From: Geosiphon pyriformis uo1
Lineage: Eukaryota > Fungi > Glomeromycota
DNA length: 64,000 nt
Assembly (NCBI GenBank): GCA_016748015.1
Contig: JAAOMT010000352.1
Span: 248,001-312,000, forward strand
Direction of reading: 5' to 3'
A program made the translations under genes and the position numbers. Position 1 is the stretch's first letter. Every line of letters starts with the position of its first letter. A model generated the notes under the pieces. That model was not told the DNA's origin and searched no databases. It saw only the letters and a list, made by a program, of their open reading frames with translations. Positions 1 to 13,260 of the stretch are shown here, piece by piece.

Positions 1-790
1 AAAATTTTTTTATGAATTTTTGATAGTAAGAAACTAATCCTATAAATCCTTGTAGTTCTGTGGTATTTTTGGGTATTTAAAAGTTTTTAATAGTACTGAT
101 TGTTCTAAGATTTGGTTTGACTCCATCTTTGCTAACAATATGTCTAAAAAAGATTAAACTTGTTTTTCCAAAATGACATTTTTCAATGTTTAACTTTAAT
201 TCTGCTTTCCATAATTATTGAAAAACTTCTCATAGATAAATAAGATGAGCTTCAAAGCTTGGTGAATACACATTAGTATTATCAAGATAGACAATTACTG
301 ATTGCCATAAGAGTTCTTCATATACAACATTCATGAATCATTGGAATGTTGCTAGTATATTGCAGAGTTCAAAAGGCATAACATTGAACTTATAGTTTCT
401 TCTTTGAGTGATAAATGCTGTTTTGGGTCGATTTTTTGGATCCATTTCGACTTGCTAGTATCTACTTTCCAAATCTAAAGTTGAAAAGAACTTGGCTTTT
501 TCTAAAGCATCTAACATGTTATCAATTCTTGGAAGAGGGTAGGCATCTCTAATTGTGATGCTGTTGAGCTAATAATAATCTATGCAGAATTTGATTTTTC
601 TATTTTTCTTTTTAATAAGAACTATTGGTAAGGCCCATAGACTTTTTAATGATTAAATCAATCTATTATTGAGCATTTTTTGGATCTTTTCTCTGATAAA
701 TTGGTGGCTGGCAGACAGTACTTGATAAGTTTATTGTTATTTTAGTAGAGCATCTCCTGTGTGGATCTGGTGTTGAACAATATCAGTTTT
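1..790 (-). pseudogene. Reverse transcriptase of family A (partial, disrupted)
   Basis: RDAYPLPRIDNMLDAL, FSTLDL, VMPFEL, VIVYLDN, KCHFGK motifs read manually on the minus strand. Confidence 0.9.
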
Positions 791-1339
791 TCCAAGGTCA
801 TTGTTGTCTTTTGCAAATATGTCTGCAAATTCAGCTATTAGCTATTTTAATTGTCTTTGTTGTTAGGGTTCTAAGGAACTCATGTTGATTTGAGAGAGTT
901 TTTCTTCCAAAAGGTGGTAGTTTTCAGTAGTAGAGATGATATTTGGATTTGGAAATAGTGTATGTCTTATAATTTCGATGAAATTAGAGACAATTTAAGG
1001 GTTTTTATCTTGGAAGATATTACTGTATATAATTCCAATTTCTAATTTGTTCAATAAGACAATAGGGTAATTATTGGGGTTGTAAAATGTAACTCAAAAT
1101 TTTTTCATTCCTTTGAGAATATAAATGTTTGGGATTGAGATTTCATGCTTTAAACAAATTTGTTCATTAGACTCAAAGATTTGTTAGATAGTGGTGGGTT
1201 TTAAACAAGTGTAAATTTCATAATGTTCTCCAAAAGATGAAATGGTAATTGGTTGGGGAAGTTGAAGAATCTGGTAGAATTCATTCTGTGCATTAAGAGC
1301 TATGTTTACTGGCATTGTAAATCGTTCAATTGAACCAAA

Positions 1340-1740
1340 ATCTTGAGTTTCTTTTTCACTTTTTCCTAATTGTTCTCTGTTTCTTATTGATTGTAAACCC
1401 AAAATATTGATTAAAGATAGGTAAATTGCTTGGGCAATTTTTTCAGCATGTTCAATTCTGAATAGTTTGTCTGTTTTATTCTACAACATGATGGTAATGT
1501 CTCCAGTATATTCTGCATCTATGACTTCTCTAACATTGATTCCTTTGCTTGCCAATAATGATTTGGATGCAATTTGAATCATTGCTCCAGGTGGAATTTG
1601 AAGAGTGTTTTTGAGATTGATTTTTGTCAAGAACTTTGGTTAGAGAACCAAAGTATCTTTTCTTGGGTATTTTAGATCATATTTAATATCAATCTTGTGT
1701 GCTTTTTTTGGTCTAATTCCTTGACCATGATTGTCAAAAT
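1340..1740 (-). pseudogene. dUTPase domain of family A pol
   Basis: PKKAHKIDIKYDL (motif 1), IASKSLLASKGINV (motif 2), VIDAEYTGDI (motif 3), EKIAQAI (motif 4), QDFGS (motif 5). Confidence 0.88.
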
Positions 1741-3559
1741 ATTTAAGTTGTAGGGGTGATTGATTTTCAAGAAGATAAATGGGAATGGTTGGTAGTTCTT
1801 CTACCCGTTCAGATACTCCAAATTCGATTTCATTTTCATTATTCTCATCTGGCAGGGAAATGCTAAGAGCATAGCATTCTAAACACCATTGGTTATTACA
1901 AGACATAACACATTCTTCACATAATTAAATGTTTATTTGCTCTAATTATTGAATTTGAGCTTTTTTGGTTGGATATGTATAACTTGTAATTTGGTGGTAG
2001 GTTTCTACTTTATCTTCATAATCAAATCCAGCTAATTCTATGGTATACTCAATGTATTCAGCTTTTTTCATTTGGTAGACATTTTCTTGAGCGGCTCTAT
2101 TAATTAATGCCATTGCTAAGTCAAAAATTATTTCAACATCATGAAGGTAGTGGTAAAGTTTATTGAAAGCACTGTTGTATGCTACATCAAATAGTGTTTC
2201 TCTTCTGACTTTTTCTGAAATTGATAAAGCATATTAACAGATTTAATCACATACTTCTTCTCTTATTGCAATATTAATCTAGTTGCATTCTTTTGGTAGC
2301 GTATCTCTACATATAAGGCAAGGAGTGTTGTCCCATTTTTCACTTCTTTTGGGATATCCAAATCGTTCTCTATAGCATGCTTTGCAAAAGTAGTAAGTAT
2401 GAGTTTCATATACCTCTTCTAGAAAAATACATGCTCCTATTGATGAAAGCTTCTTTTTGCAATCTTTGCATCTTAGTGAAATGTATGATAGTTCTTTTCA
2501 TGGTTCTGGTGTAGAATACCTAACTTTTTTCCATTCTCTTGATTCTTCAAAAATCTCTTGTTCTGTTTTTTCAGCCTGATTGGATGTTGATCCAAGTGCC
2601 ATATAAGTTTCAGTAAGTGGCATTTCCTTCTTCTCCTCAAATTCAAACACTGGGACTTTTTCTGATCATTTGTTAAAAGTGCCACAAGTAGCAAATACTA
2701 TGATGTATTATTCTTGATATGAGATTTTGAGTTCCTGAGTTTCCCAATCTAACTTTGTATTGGCCTTGAGAACCAATCATTTCTAATAAAAGCTTGGTAT
2801 TGAAGTGTATCCATGACTAAAACTTTGACTGAAATAGTAATTTCATCAATAGTAAATGGAAAATTGTCAATTTCTCCTACTGGTGTTTTTTTCATATCAT
2901 CTGCTGTAATAATTACTGTTTGGACTTGTCTGTCAATATTTCGATTGAGTTGTTGCATTAATTGGTAAGTAATAATACTTCCAGCAGATTCACTGTTTAG
3001 AATTAATTAGATAGGCTTTCCTTTTACTGTAGCTTCAGTGTACATGGCAGTAATAGCTTTTTGCTCATTGACTGCTATATTGCTAAGTAAGAATAATGAT
3101 TTATTTGCTTCAAATTCGAATGGGAATATATCTGAAAGGTTGGTATTTTGGGCAATTTGGACTGGTAAAATAGTATTGTTGAAAGGGTTTGATCTTAGTG
3201 CTACAACTTTACCTTCAGAAAGTGTAGGTTGTTGAAAATTCGATTCTTCAGGCATTGTAAGATAACTGGATTAAGTGTAATAATAATTGGGTCTTTGCTG
3301 ATCAGAATTTGGAAAAACCAGTTGATTATTGGAGTTAAATCTGTTGTGGTTTATTAAAAAACGGTTTTGTGATGTGAATTGGTTTTGTAGAACCAATTTT
3401 CTGGCTAGTACTTAATATTGTTGAATGGATGGTGTTTGATATTGCTGAATTGGTAAAGGTTGCTAATATTGTTGCTGCATTAGTTGTGGAGCTGGTTAAT
3501 AGTAATTGTTTTAATTTTGTGGTCTTAGTGAGTAATAAGTTGGTAGTGGGGATTGGTAA

Positions 3560-5079
3560 TAAGATTGTTGTGGTGAAGAGTAATGTTGATTACTCTTGTT
3601 TTGTTAGTCTTTTTGCAATTTCCTGCAATCTTGTTTTCAGTGTCTTAAGATTTCACAATAATGACAATTTTGAAGTTGGTTATTGGATGGTGATCCCAAA
3701 ATTGTTTTGGTTGCATCATTGTGAGAGTTGGTATTTTTGTGATTGTTGCTGCTGTTGTTGTTGGTTTGTGAAATAGTTTTCAACCTTTTTTTGTGAGTTG
3801 GTCTATTTTTTCTTCAGCTGCTAAGCTGGTTTTTCTAATAGCTAAGTTGACAAGTTTGGTGTGGTTTGCTTCTTCCATTGTTATTTCATAGTTCTTTGCA
3901 TGTCTAATGGCAGTTGCTAAGTCTTCTAAAGCATGTAGACAAACTTTCTTAATGAGTTTGTCTTTTAATCCTGCTATGAACTAATCCAAAATTTGGGCAT
4001 CAGAATAGTATTTATTGGTTTCTAATTGTTAAATTTGTTGAAGAAGTTTGTTAAATCTTTCAAGATAGGTTATAACAGTTTCAGATGTTTTTTGTTTGAT
4101 ATTGCGAAAGCAATTATAAAGAGTAATAGAGGTGTTATTGTCAATGAATTGTTATAAGAAAGCATTTTTAAATGCTTGCCAGTTTCCAAATAGTTCTTCT
4201 AAGTTTTCAAACCATTCTTCTGCAGTTTCTTGGAGAAAGTATGAGATTGCTTTGAGCATTCTTGCTGCATTTCAACCATTTGCATCTTCTGCTTTCTGGA
4301 CTTTATTAAGCTATTCTTGAGAACTAGTATCATTGTTTTTACCAGAAATCTTTACAATATAAACAGTTGTCATTTTTTTTCATTTTCTATGGTTTTTTCT
4401 TGTTCTAATTCAGTTTTTTCACTTTCCAAGTTTTCTGAATGATTACTTTTGTTTTCCTATAAGTAATCAATAATATGGTGCTTGTTGATATGGGTTCCTG
4501 CTGTTGAATAGAATTTCTAGGTGACTGAAAATCTTCTGGTCTGGAGAAATGATTAAGTGGTGAATTTGATATTTGTAGTCGAACAAATAAAATTGGAAAG
4601 AGTGTGATTGAGAGTGGAAGTCTGGTGTTAGTTTCTTGTTCTGGAGTTTGCAAGTATTTGGCAGTTATTTTTGGTGTCTTTGAGGTAGTGCTTGAATATT
4701 GCTTTATTTTTTGTTTGCCTCTGTTGCTTGTTTTTGTGTTTAATTCAAGATTAATAGAGTATCTAGACTGTACTGGATATTTTTTTTTACAATACTGAAT
4801 AATGCTATAGTTAAGTTCTTGGAAGTAGGTGGCAAAAGTTTTACTGTTCAGGTCTTCTGTTTCTAATTGTGAATAGTGCACTAAATTATTGTAGAGATTG
4901 CTTCTAACTTCTGAAATATTGTGGTTTCCCAAAAGATAATTGTTGATGTGGTTTTCAATGTATTGGTATATTGATTTCTTGACAACTTCAATTCCATCTG
5001 GGATGTTGAATCTTTGCTTGCAGTGGGTGTAAATTGACTGATAATACTCTAGAATTGTTGTATCTGATATGGTCACCAC
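3560..5079 (-). pseudogene. gag of family A with CCHC-like knuckle
   Basis: ORF 4405-5079 starts just after the PBS; capsid-like ANG*NAARMLKAISYFL; knuckle CHNCEILRH*KQDC near 3625-3670. Confidence 0.8.
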
Positions 5080-5104
5080 TTTGAATTTGTTGTTGCTGTG
5101 TTAT

Positions 5105-5122
5105 TTCTGTGAGAAAGCACCA
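5105..5122 (-). promoter_or_regulatory. tRNA primer-binding site, family A
   Basis: TGGTGCTTTCTCACAG begins 2 nt from the LTR end on the minus strand. Confidence 0.75.
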
Positions 5123-5124
5123 AA

Positions 5125-6064
5125 TGTTATTGGAGATTTTTGGTCTCTTTTCTTGAATGTTGTTACTGTTTGTCTGTTGTTAATTTCACGTTTTCTGAAA
5201 GCAATTGAACCTCCAATAACTGAATTTATCTTTAAATTATCTCTTATAATTTGAACTGCTGGGCTTATAAGTGGAATTCCTAATTTTGTGCCAGTTACTT
5301 TGTGTAGTTATATTGTAGTAAACATCAACTCTTTCCCAGGAATTGTTTGTCTGAAAACTCACTTAAAATGTGTAGTTACTTTGCTGTGAAAGTTAACTCT
5401 TCTATAAGAATCTTGTCTATAGGCTACTCTAATAATTGTAATAAGAAAATAAAAAAAAATAAAAAAAATGTAAAAGAAATAGGATTTTATCAAAGGAAAC
5501 GTTTTCTATCCAGGCCTAGAGTCACTAACAGATTACTGAAATTGGTAGTTGTGTTGAAAAAATTTCAAGTGCAATAATCAAAGAATTTGGGTTTCGAATA
5601 TTTAATTTTTATTTAAAATATGTAAAGGTGATTTGTTTCATTTAAGATATTTAAAGTAGGATACTATAATAAGATACTATGAGAAGATACATTTTCTTGA
5701 AGAGAGAAGCTTTTCTTTTATACAACTTGCTGTAGTACTAGGCTTTGAACTTGCACTTTTCTCTTTGTTATAATTTGGATAAACTAAAGATATATTTTGG
5801 TGAATTTACAAGTTATTTCACTAAACTATTGATTATTTCGGCCAATTTTTATTAATTTCGGCAAATTTTGACTATGTTAAATGGTTTAGGGTATTGTCAT
5901 CTTAATTTCTATGATACAAATCGGATTATTGATTAAATAATGATATTTGATAATTTGATTAAATAATAAATGCTATTTGAAATAATAATAATATATGCTA
6001 ATTAATAATAGAAATTATAAGAGTAATTTTATGCTAATTAATAACTAAAATTCTACTAATAACA
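5125..6064 (-). repeat. 5' LTR of family A
   Basis: TGTTATTGG...CTAATAACA termini; adjacent PBS; homologous to 63001-63565. Confidence 0.85.
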
Positions 6065-8889
6065 ACAACACCCAAATAAAGCTCAATGATATAGAGAAAG
6101 TTATTACAGCCAATAGATAGAATGATGCAAAAGTTCTCCAAATCATTCCATACTTTCTCTAAGATATTACTGACTTATGGTATCAAAGCTTGGCCAACAA
6201 ATCTTAGGATTTCAATACATTCAAGCTTGTATTTTTACAGTATTTCAGCAATAATAATAATATTAATTGTCTAGTAAATACCTTCACCACTATCAAAGAA
6301 GGAGAAAATGAAGCAGTCACTACATACCTAAGACACTTCTATAAGAATCTGCACCAAATTCAAGCAATCCAAGCTGATTATTTTACAGTGTCACAAATCT
6401 TAAATCAATTCATTAGAGGCCTGCACAGTAGCATCCTTCAATGCATATGTTCATTGCATCCAGCAGACCTCTAAGCCACCATTACAAATGCCAGAGATTT
6501 TGAAGCAGCTAAACTCAAAGCTAACCATGCCCAAGCTGTAAATCTAGTAATAAACAGATCATCTGACTTGGATTCCAAATTAAAGCAATTCAGTGAATCA
6601 ATCAATCAGAAATTAGAGAGATACTTAGCTAACAACAATTAGGCAATTTATCAAACCCCTCAATAATGCAATAATCAAGAAAACTCTAATCATTTCCAAA
6701 ATCAAACACATCTATCATCATTGACCAATCAGCAGTGACAACAAAAAATGTGTGTTTGCCACTATTGTAGTAAATAAGAACATCTACAATTTGACTGTTG
6801 AAAAAAGATAAGTAATCAACAATTGGGAAATCAATATTGAAATCCTGATCACTGGTTTCCAACTCCAAATTATCAATCAAACCTGGAATTATATCATTAG
6901 AATTACCTATCAATAATGCAGCAACCAATCTATCAACTGCCAATATATCAGACTACAACATCTGTAATATATCAACCACAGCTATAAGTAATATATTAGC
7001 CTTAACAAATTCAAACACCACCACAAAACTTACCTCAAAACGAAGCCCAAAGGCTGAGAATGACACAACAAAACTGGAGATTGGTAATAGTAGTCCACCA
7101 ACTGATTCCCAGTTTATCAACTCAACAATCAGAATCTTGTCAGCAAAATTCAGACACAGAATACAACCAAAACCCAAATTTTCAACACTATTTAAGTCTC
7201 TTAGTAAAACCAGAAGACACTTCAACCAAACATTAGGAGTTCAATCAAACACAACTGCTCACCAGCAATATACCTCCAGCTACCATCACCAACAATGAAT
7301 CATTAGCAGCAATTTTCTCATTCAAAAATCAAAGAACTGTTATCTATGCCCTTGTTTAGTGAAGTCACTCTCAAAGAAAAACCAATTACCACCATGTACA
7401 CTGATGCTAAAGTTGATAACCACTTCATCAAACTCATATTAGATAGTGGGTTAGCAGGCAGCATCATCACATGACAAATCATAAACCAATTAGGTCACCA
7501 AGTTGATTGTACTGCCAGCACCAGAATTATAACAGCAAATAGAGCAACCAAAACTCCAATTGGCAAAATTGACAACTTACCCATTAAAATCAACAGCATT
7601 ATAGTACTTATTAAAGTTCTTGTGATAGAAGCAACACAGTACCAGACACTCATTGGCAATAATTGGTTGTTCAAGACCAATGCAATACTTGACTGGAACA
7701 CATAGGAGCTCCAACTTAGCCAAAATGATTAACACACACATGTACCAGCCACATGTGGCCACTTCAAGCCTATTACCATGCCATCAGCACCCCTTATTGA
7801 GTTCGACAATGAAGAAAAAAAACCTACCTGGGAGGCATATCAAATTTTGTGAGCCAACAATGACCATAATGAGCTACTATTGATTCTAGACTGGGAAAAA
7901 AAAAACAAAGAAAAAGAGAAAGAAAGGGAAGAAGACAGATCTGAAGAAACCAATGACACCACAGAAACTAGCAATTGGGAAAATTTATACTCTACAGATA
8001 CCAGGCCAAAACTGTCTTATATTCCCCTTAGATACAAAGACTGCAAGAAGAAACTGTTTTCTATGGGAGCTTGGATCATACCAGATGAAGATTACTGGAT
8101 GCAAACTCATTACTATTGCAAACTATGCCATCACAAACACTATGAGTACCCTAAAAGACAAAACAAGTGGGACAATGAACCATGTCTTGCTTATGGTAAA
8201 CAATTATTGGACAAAGGCATGTGGAATAACATTCCTAAATAAAGAGAAACATATGACACTTTGTGCCAGTACATGATTCTTATAAGCAATTGGGTCAGTT
8301 GTAGAACACTTATTATTGCCATCTGACACCAAGCAATCTCTTGCTTGAACAGTTACCCTCATAACAAAGACAAAATCTGGCAAATAGCCAATGCCAAAAT
8401 AGAAAGCACTTTACCCAGTGAGATTTTGAAAATAAAAAACAACTCTTCAGAACCAGTTGACATTGTTCTTATTCCCAATCCAAACATATTCTTAGATATT
8501 AAGACAGACCCAGAGAAATTTTACAAGCATTACCAAAACTTAGCACCAATAAGAGAAGAGCAGAAACAGCACTTAGAAGAAATAAATACCCAATTATGTG
8601 ACCACTGTTTGATTCCATATAACTTCCAGTATTGCAATAAGTGTGACCTCATTTACAATCTACCAACACACATGATCTACATGATTCCAGAGGAAAACAA
8701 ACCAATTAACAGCTGTGTATTGGAATTGGGATTACTGTTCAATTCTGATTCAAACTTCAACAACAATGACAATGAAAACAATGGTTCCAGCTCTATGCAA
8801 ATTGACAACAACAGCAATGATAATTCAGATTCAAATTTAAACCCTAAACAATATATTGCACTTTCTGATTTTACCAAGGAGCAGAAACT

Positions 8890-9310
8890 GAGATGATTTA
8901 GCAATAATGATAAAAGTATTATGTCCGAATATACACATAATACTAATATAGGGTTTGATCTGAGATATCCAGAAAAAGATGTCATCAAATTGGAATCATA
9001 CTTATGTACTTGCATTGATCTCAAAGTAGTACTGGAAATTCTAGCAATCACAATGGTTTAATTAGCATCTAGGAATAGCTTAGCAAAAAAGAGAATCAAT
9101 ATCAGAGGAGGAATAATTGATGCAAAATATATAAGAAATATTATTGCTATGCTACAAAATGATTCAGAAAAGACCTATATTATAGAGCCAAACAAAAAAA
9201 TAGCACAAGCAATATTCCTGTCTCTGGTTAAAATAGCTTAATTAGTATTAATAGAAAACAGGGAAAAATTAAGAATTACAGCTAGAAAGATATAGGAATT
9301 CGGATCAACA
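8890..9310 (+). pseudogene. dUTPase domain of family C pol
   Basis: THNTNIGFDLRY, LASRNSLAKKRINIRGGIIDAKYIRNI, KKIAQAIF, EFGST. Confidence 0.9.
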
Positions 9311-9839
9311 GATAAAATAGATGTACCAGTTAATATGGCAGAGGAAAAAATTGTTGACAAAGGAAAAATTATCTTCACTCATCAATCAATTTCCATTTCA
9401 CCATATGACTAGTACATGGTAACTATAGAAAGAAAAATAAAGGATCAGGTACAGATTTTTGAGGCAGAAGCAATACTTTGTGAATTAAGAAAAATTAGAT
9501 TAGTCAATCTATACATACCAGCCAAAAACCACAGGCACATCAAAATTCCCATTTACAACAACATGGAAAACACCATTGAAATACCAAAAATAACCACTAT
9601 TAGATATTTAAGCACTGAAGTCAAAAACCAATCACCAAGCACTATTTCAGACTCTTCACAACTTTGTGAATATATAGATATCACATTACAAACAATATAT
9701 GAATAAGAAGAATGTTATCTGCTCCAACCAAAACAATTGAAACAGATGAATTTGGAAAACTTAGACCCACTTCAACATATGCAGCTCAAAATGTTACTTA
9801 ACAACTTTAACAACATCTTTGCCAGCAAAAACAATTTTG

Positions 9840-11120
9840 GCCATACTGATATCATCCAGCATTAGATTAAGACTGAAGATGCAATGTCAATCAAACAAAA
9901 AGCATACAGAGTACCACCAGCCAGCCATGAAATCATTCATCAAGAAATCAATCAAATGCTTAACAATGGGCTAATTCAGCCATTAATGAGCCCATAGTTA
10001 TTACCAGTAGTACTAGTCTGTAAGAAAAATAAGAAAATCTGCTTTTGTGTAGATTACTGGAAACTGAATGGAGTAACAAAAAAAGATATCCAACTTCAAA
10101 GATCCAAGAACTGTTTGATGCTTTTGAAGAAAAAAAATGGTTTTTAACTTTAGACTTGGATAGTAGTTACTGGCAAGTAGCCATAAAGCTAGAGGATAAA
10201 AAGAAAATAGCATTTATGATTCGAAAAAAAAATTTCAAATTTGAGGTTATACCATTTGGCTTGATGAATGCTTCTGCCACATTTCAATAACTCATGGAAA
10301 TTGTTTATACTAGACTACTATGGAAATTAGTAGTCATATACTTGGATAACACCAATGTGTTTTCAAAAACATTTGATGATTATCTGCATCATTTCTAATA
10401 AGTATTTGAAAGATTCAGACAAGCAGGATCGAAGTTAAATGCCAACAAATGTTTCTTTGGCAAAACAGAACTCAAGTTTTTGGAACATGTTGTGAGCAAA
10501 GATGGTATCAAAATGGATTCAGATAAGATTAAGATTGTTAAAAACTTTGCAACATCAAATAATCTCATGGAATTAAGAGCATTCTTGGAATTTGCTAGAT
10601 ACTACCACCACTTTATTAAAGACTTTTCCAAAATAGCTCAACCACTACACCAACTCCAAACAAAGAACACCAAATACAAATAGACTGAAACTCAGCAAGA
10701 AGCTTTTGATATGCTGAAAAGAAAACTTATTCAAGCTCCAGTATTGATTTATTCAGATCATAGCAAGACATTTATAATTACAACAGATGCATCAAATCAA
10801 GCTTTGGGAGTGGTACTATTTCAAAAAAAACCAGATAGATGAGAACACCCAGTAGCTTATGCCAGTAGAAGCTTAAGTCCAGCTGAAAAGAACTATAGAA
10901 CTTTAGCACTAGAACACTTAGCTATCTATTGAGCTGTCATTAAATAGAAAGAATACTTAAGTCAAAAGTTTGATGTATATACTGATCATAAAAGATTGAC
11001 TTCAATCCAGAAGCAAAAATTTGGAGACAATTGCCATGCCAGATAGAAAATAGAACTTTCATTATTTAATTATACAGTACATTACAAAAAAAGAAAAAAA
11101 AATGGAAATGCCAATGGTCT
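9840..11120 (+). pseudogene. RT-RNase H of family C
   Basis: LDLDSSYWQV, VIPFGLMNASATFQ, YLDN (10339-10350), LRAFL, TTDASNQALG, YASRSLSPAEKNY, TDHK. Confidence 0.92.
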
Positions 11121-11199
11121 GTTACAAATGAGACAAATCTAAAAACATTTCAAACCCAAAAATATAACAAAAGATGAATATACAAAAATACCAACAACT

Positions 11200-12430
11200 T
11201 CAACATTATATAAATACTTAATTGTTCAAGAAGAAATTATCTCAAAAAGAACAAAATGACATAAAACAACAATCAAAATATTTTATCAACCATCAAAATA
11301 TACTTTATCAGAAAAACAAAAGAAATCCAGATCAACCAACCAGAGTAATTACAGAACCAAAGAAAGAGACAATATTATTTAACATATACGCAGATTCAAC
11401 AGCAAGACATTTTCACAAAAAAGCAACCATGGAAAGAATCAGAAAAAGATACTATTGGTTATCAATGTATCCAGACATCATCTAATATGTTCAAAATTGT
11501 GATGCTTATCAAAGAAGAGATGGAACAAAATCCAGTAAACCATTAAGACCAATCAAAGTGAGACAACCATTCAATCGTATTGGAATTGACTTAGTTAGAC
11601 CATTAATAATTACTAGTAGAGGCAACAAATATATTACAATAGTCATAAGTTATCTCACAAAATGGCCAGAAGCAAAAACCATTCAAAGAGCAGATGCAGA
11701 ATTCATTGCCAAATTCGTCCATCAAAATTTGATCTGTCAATATGGATGTCCAAAAAAACTACTATCAGATCAAGAAACTTACTTTGTAAATAGAACACTA
11801 GCAGAATTAAGTCAAAAATTTGGGATAAAAAGACCATTATCATCACCATATCATCCACAAACAAATAGGTTAGTTGAAAGATTCAACAAAACACTGTGTG
11901 AAGCAATAGCCAAGATTAGCCAAAAAAACCAGGACAAATGAGATTTGTTCATACCATCAGTATTATTTGCTTACAGAACAATAAAGCAAAACACAACATA
12001 AGCAATATTATTTGAATTAGTATATAGTAGAAAAGCAATATTATTAGTTGAAATAGAAATCAAAACATATTCAACAGAACCAATAACAGAAGAGAATCTT
12101 TAAAGAACATTGTTGAAAAAAACATATAACTTAATGAAAACACTAAAAAGCAAATGGCAAAAAGCAGCTGATAACATCCAAAAGTTACAAGAGAAATAAA
12201 AGAAAAGACATAATAACCAACTATCAGATAAACCAGTCAAATTCAAAATTGAAGACAAAGTACTTCTACATTGTACCAAAGCAAAAAAACAATAGAGTAG
12301 AAAATTTGACTCCAAATGGGATGGACCATTTTACATAAAAGAAATTCTAAGAAATAGAGCTTATAAATTAAGATGGAACAACAAAATTTTAGCCAAAGCA
12401 GTATATAGTAATTGACTAAAATCATATTAC
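11200..12430 (+). pseudogene. Integrase of family C
   Basis: PFNRIGIDLV, YLTKWPEA, SDQETYF, SPYHPQTNRLVERFN, WDGPFY (GPF/Y motif). Confidence 0.92.
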
Positions 12431-12611
12431 TATATAGTGTTACTATTTACCAATAATATTTCACAATTAAGAGTACAGAGAATATTAGTCCAACCAGATG
12501 AGATTTTATGAGATCTGAAACCAATCATAATCATTGAACCAAACATATCAAATTGAACAACCAAAAGATTATATAAAAACACAGTATATACAACAAAAGC
12601 AACAAAGAAAA

Positions 12612-13260
12612 ATGGAAATACCAGATCATATCTACACTTTAGCTTAACAATTGTTTCAAGCTTTAAGTCAACAGCAAGTAAACATGGAAATTATTATCAA
12701 CAATCAAACAATCTGTTATTAAAATACCAAACAAAAAAAAAAGTACACTATACCAGTGACCATGGAAACAATCAACAAACTGGTTAAATAAAATAGTAGA
12801 GAAAGTAAAGAACACTTTTGGAAAGATAACCATCATGGTTTCAACAGAAGAACTGGCAAAAGAAAATTGGAACAGATGGATAGACCAATTCCCAATACCA
12901 TACTGCTACTATTAACTGGGGCAAAAAGTAGATATTCAGAAGTTATATCTCAACAAATCCAAGAGAATCTTCAACCAAGAGATAATCTGAAACATTGAAG
13001 ACATTATTGGAAAGAAAACAAACTTAACATTACACATTAGGACCATTTATTGATTATACACTATATTTTAAAACTACCCAGAAATATTGTTACACTCTGA
13101 TATGGAAACAATAACTATTAACCAATAAAGAAGAATAAACAACTTACAGATTGAAGAAATAAAGAATAGAGTGAAACAGACATTACTTGAAAAAGAAGTA
13201 TTCAACATAATTCAAAATAAAGATTTTAACAGAGCTTAATATTAAAAAAGAGGAGATAAT
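12612..13260 (+). pseudogene. ORF3 of family C (unknown function, disrupted)
   Basis: MEIPDHIYTLA*QLFQAL...PYCYY*LGQKVD...IY*LYTIF*NYP; homologous to the family D segment at 40086-40647. Confidence 0.65.

Larger units (their letters stand above)
1..6064 (-). mobile_element. Ty3/Gypsy LTR retrotransposon family A (dUTPase-bearing), 5' half, degenerate
   Basis: Minus strand order: LTR, PBS, gag, PR (ILNSESAGSII, ~2750-3050), Cys-rich module, dUTPase, RT (YLDN at 278-289). Runs off the left edge; many stop codons. Confidence 0.93.

Noticed and set aside
3429-7762. Hydrophobic antisense ORFs as membrane proteins (also 46146-46460, 51333-51662)
   Set aside because: They are shadow frames of A/C-rich gag or ORF1 coding strands with no independent motifs
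12860-12885. KIGT..D match between C ORF3 and the B ORF3 motif EKIGGKMD
   Set aside because: It is in a different frame from the one that aligns C with D, so probably chance
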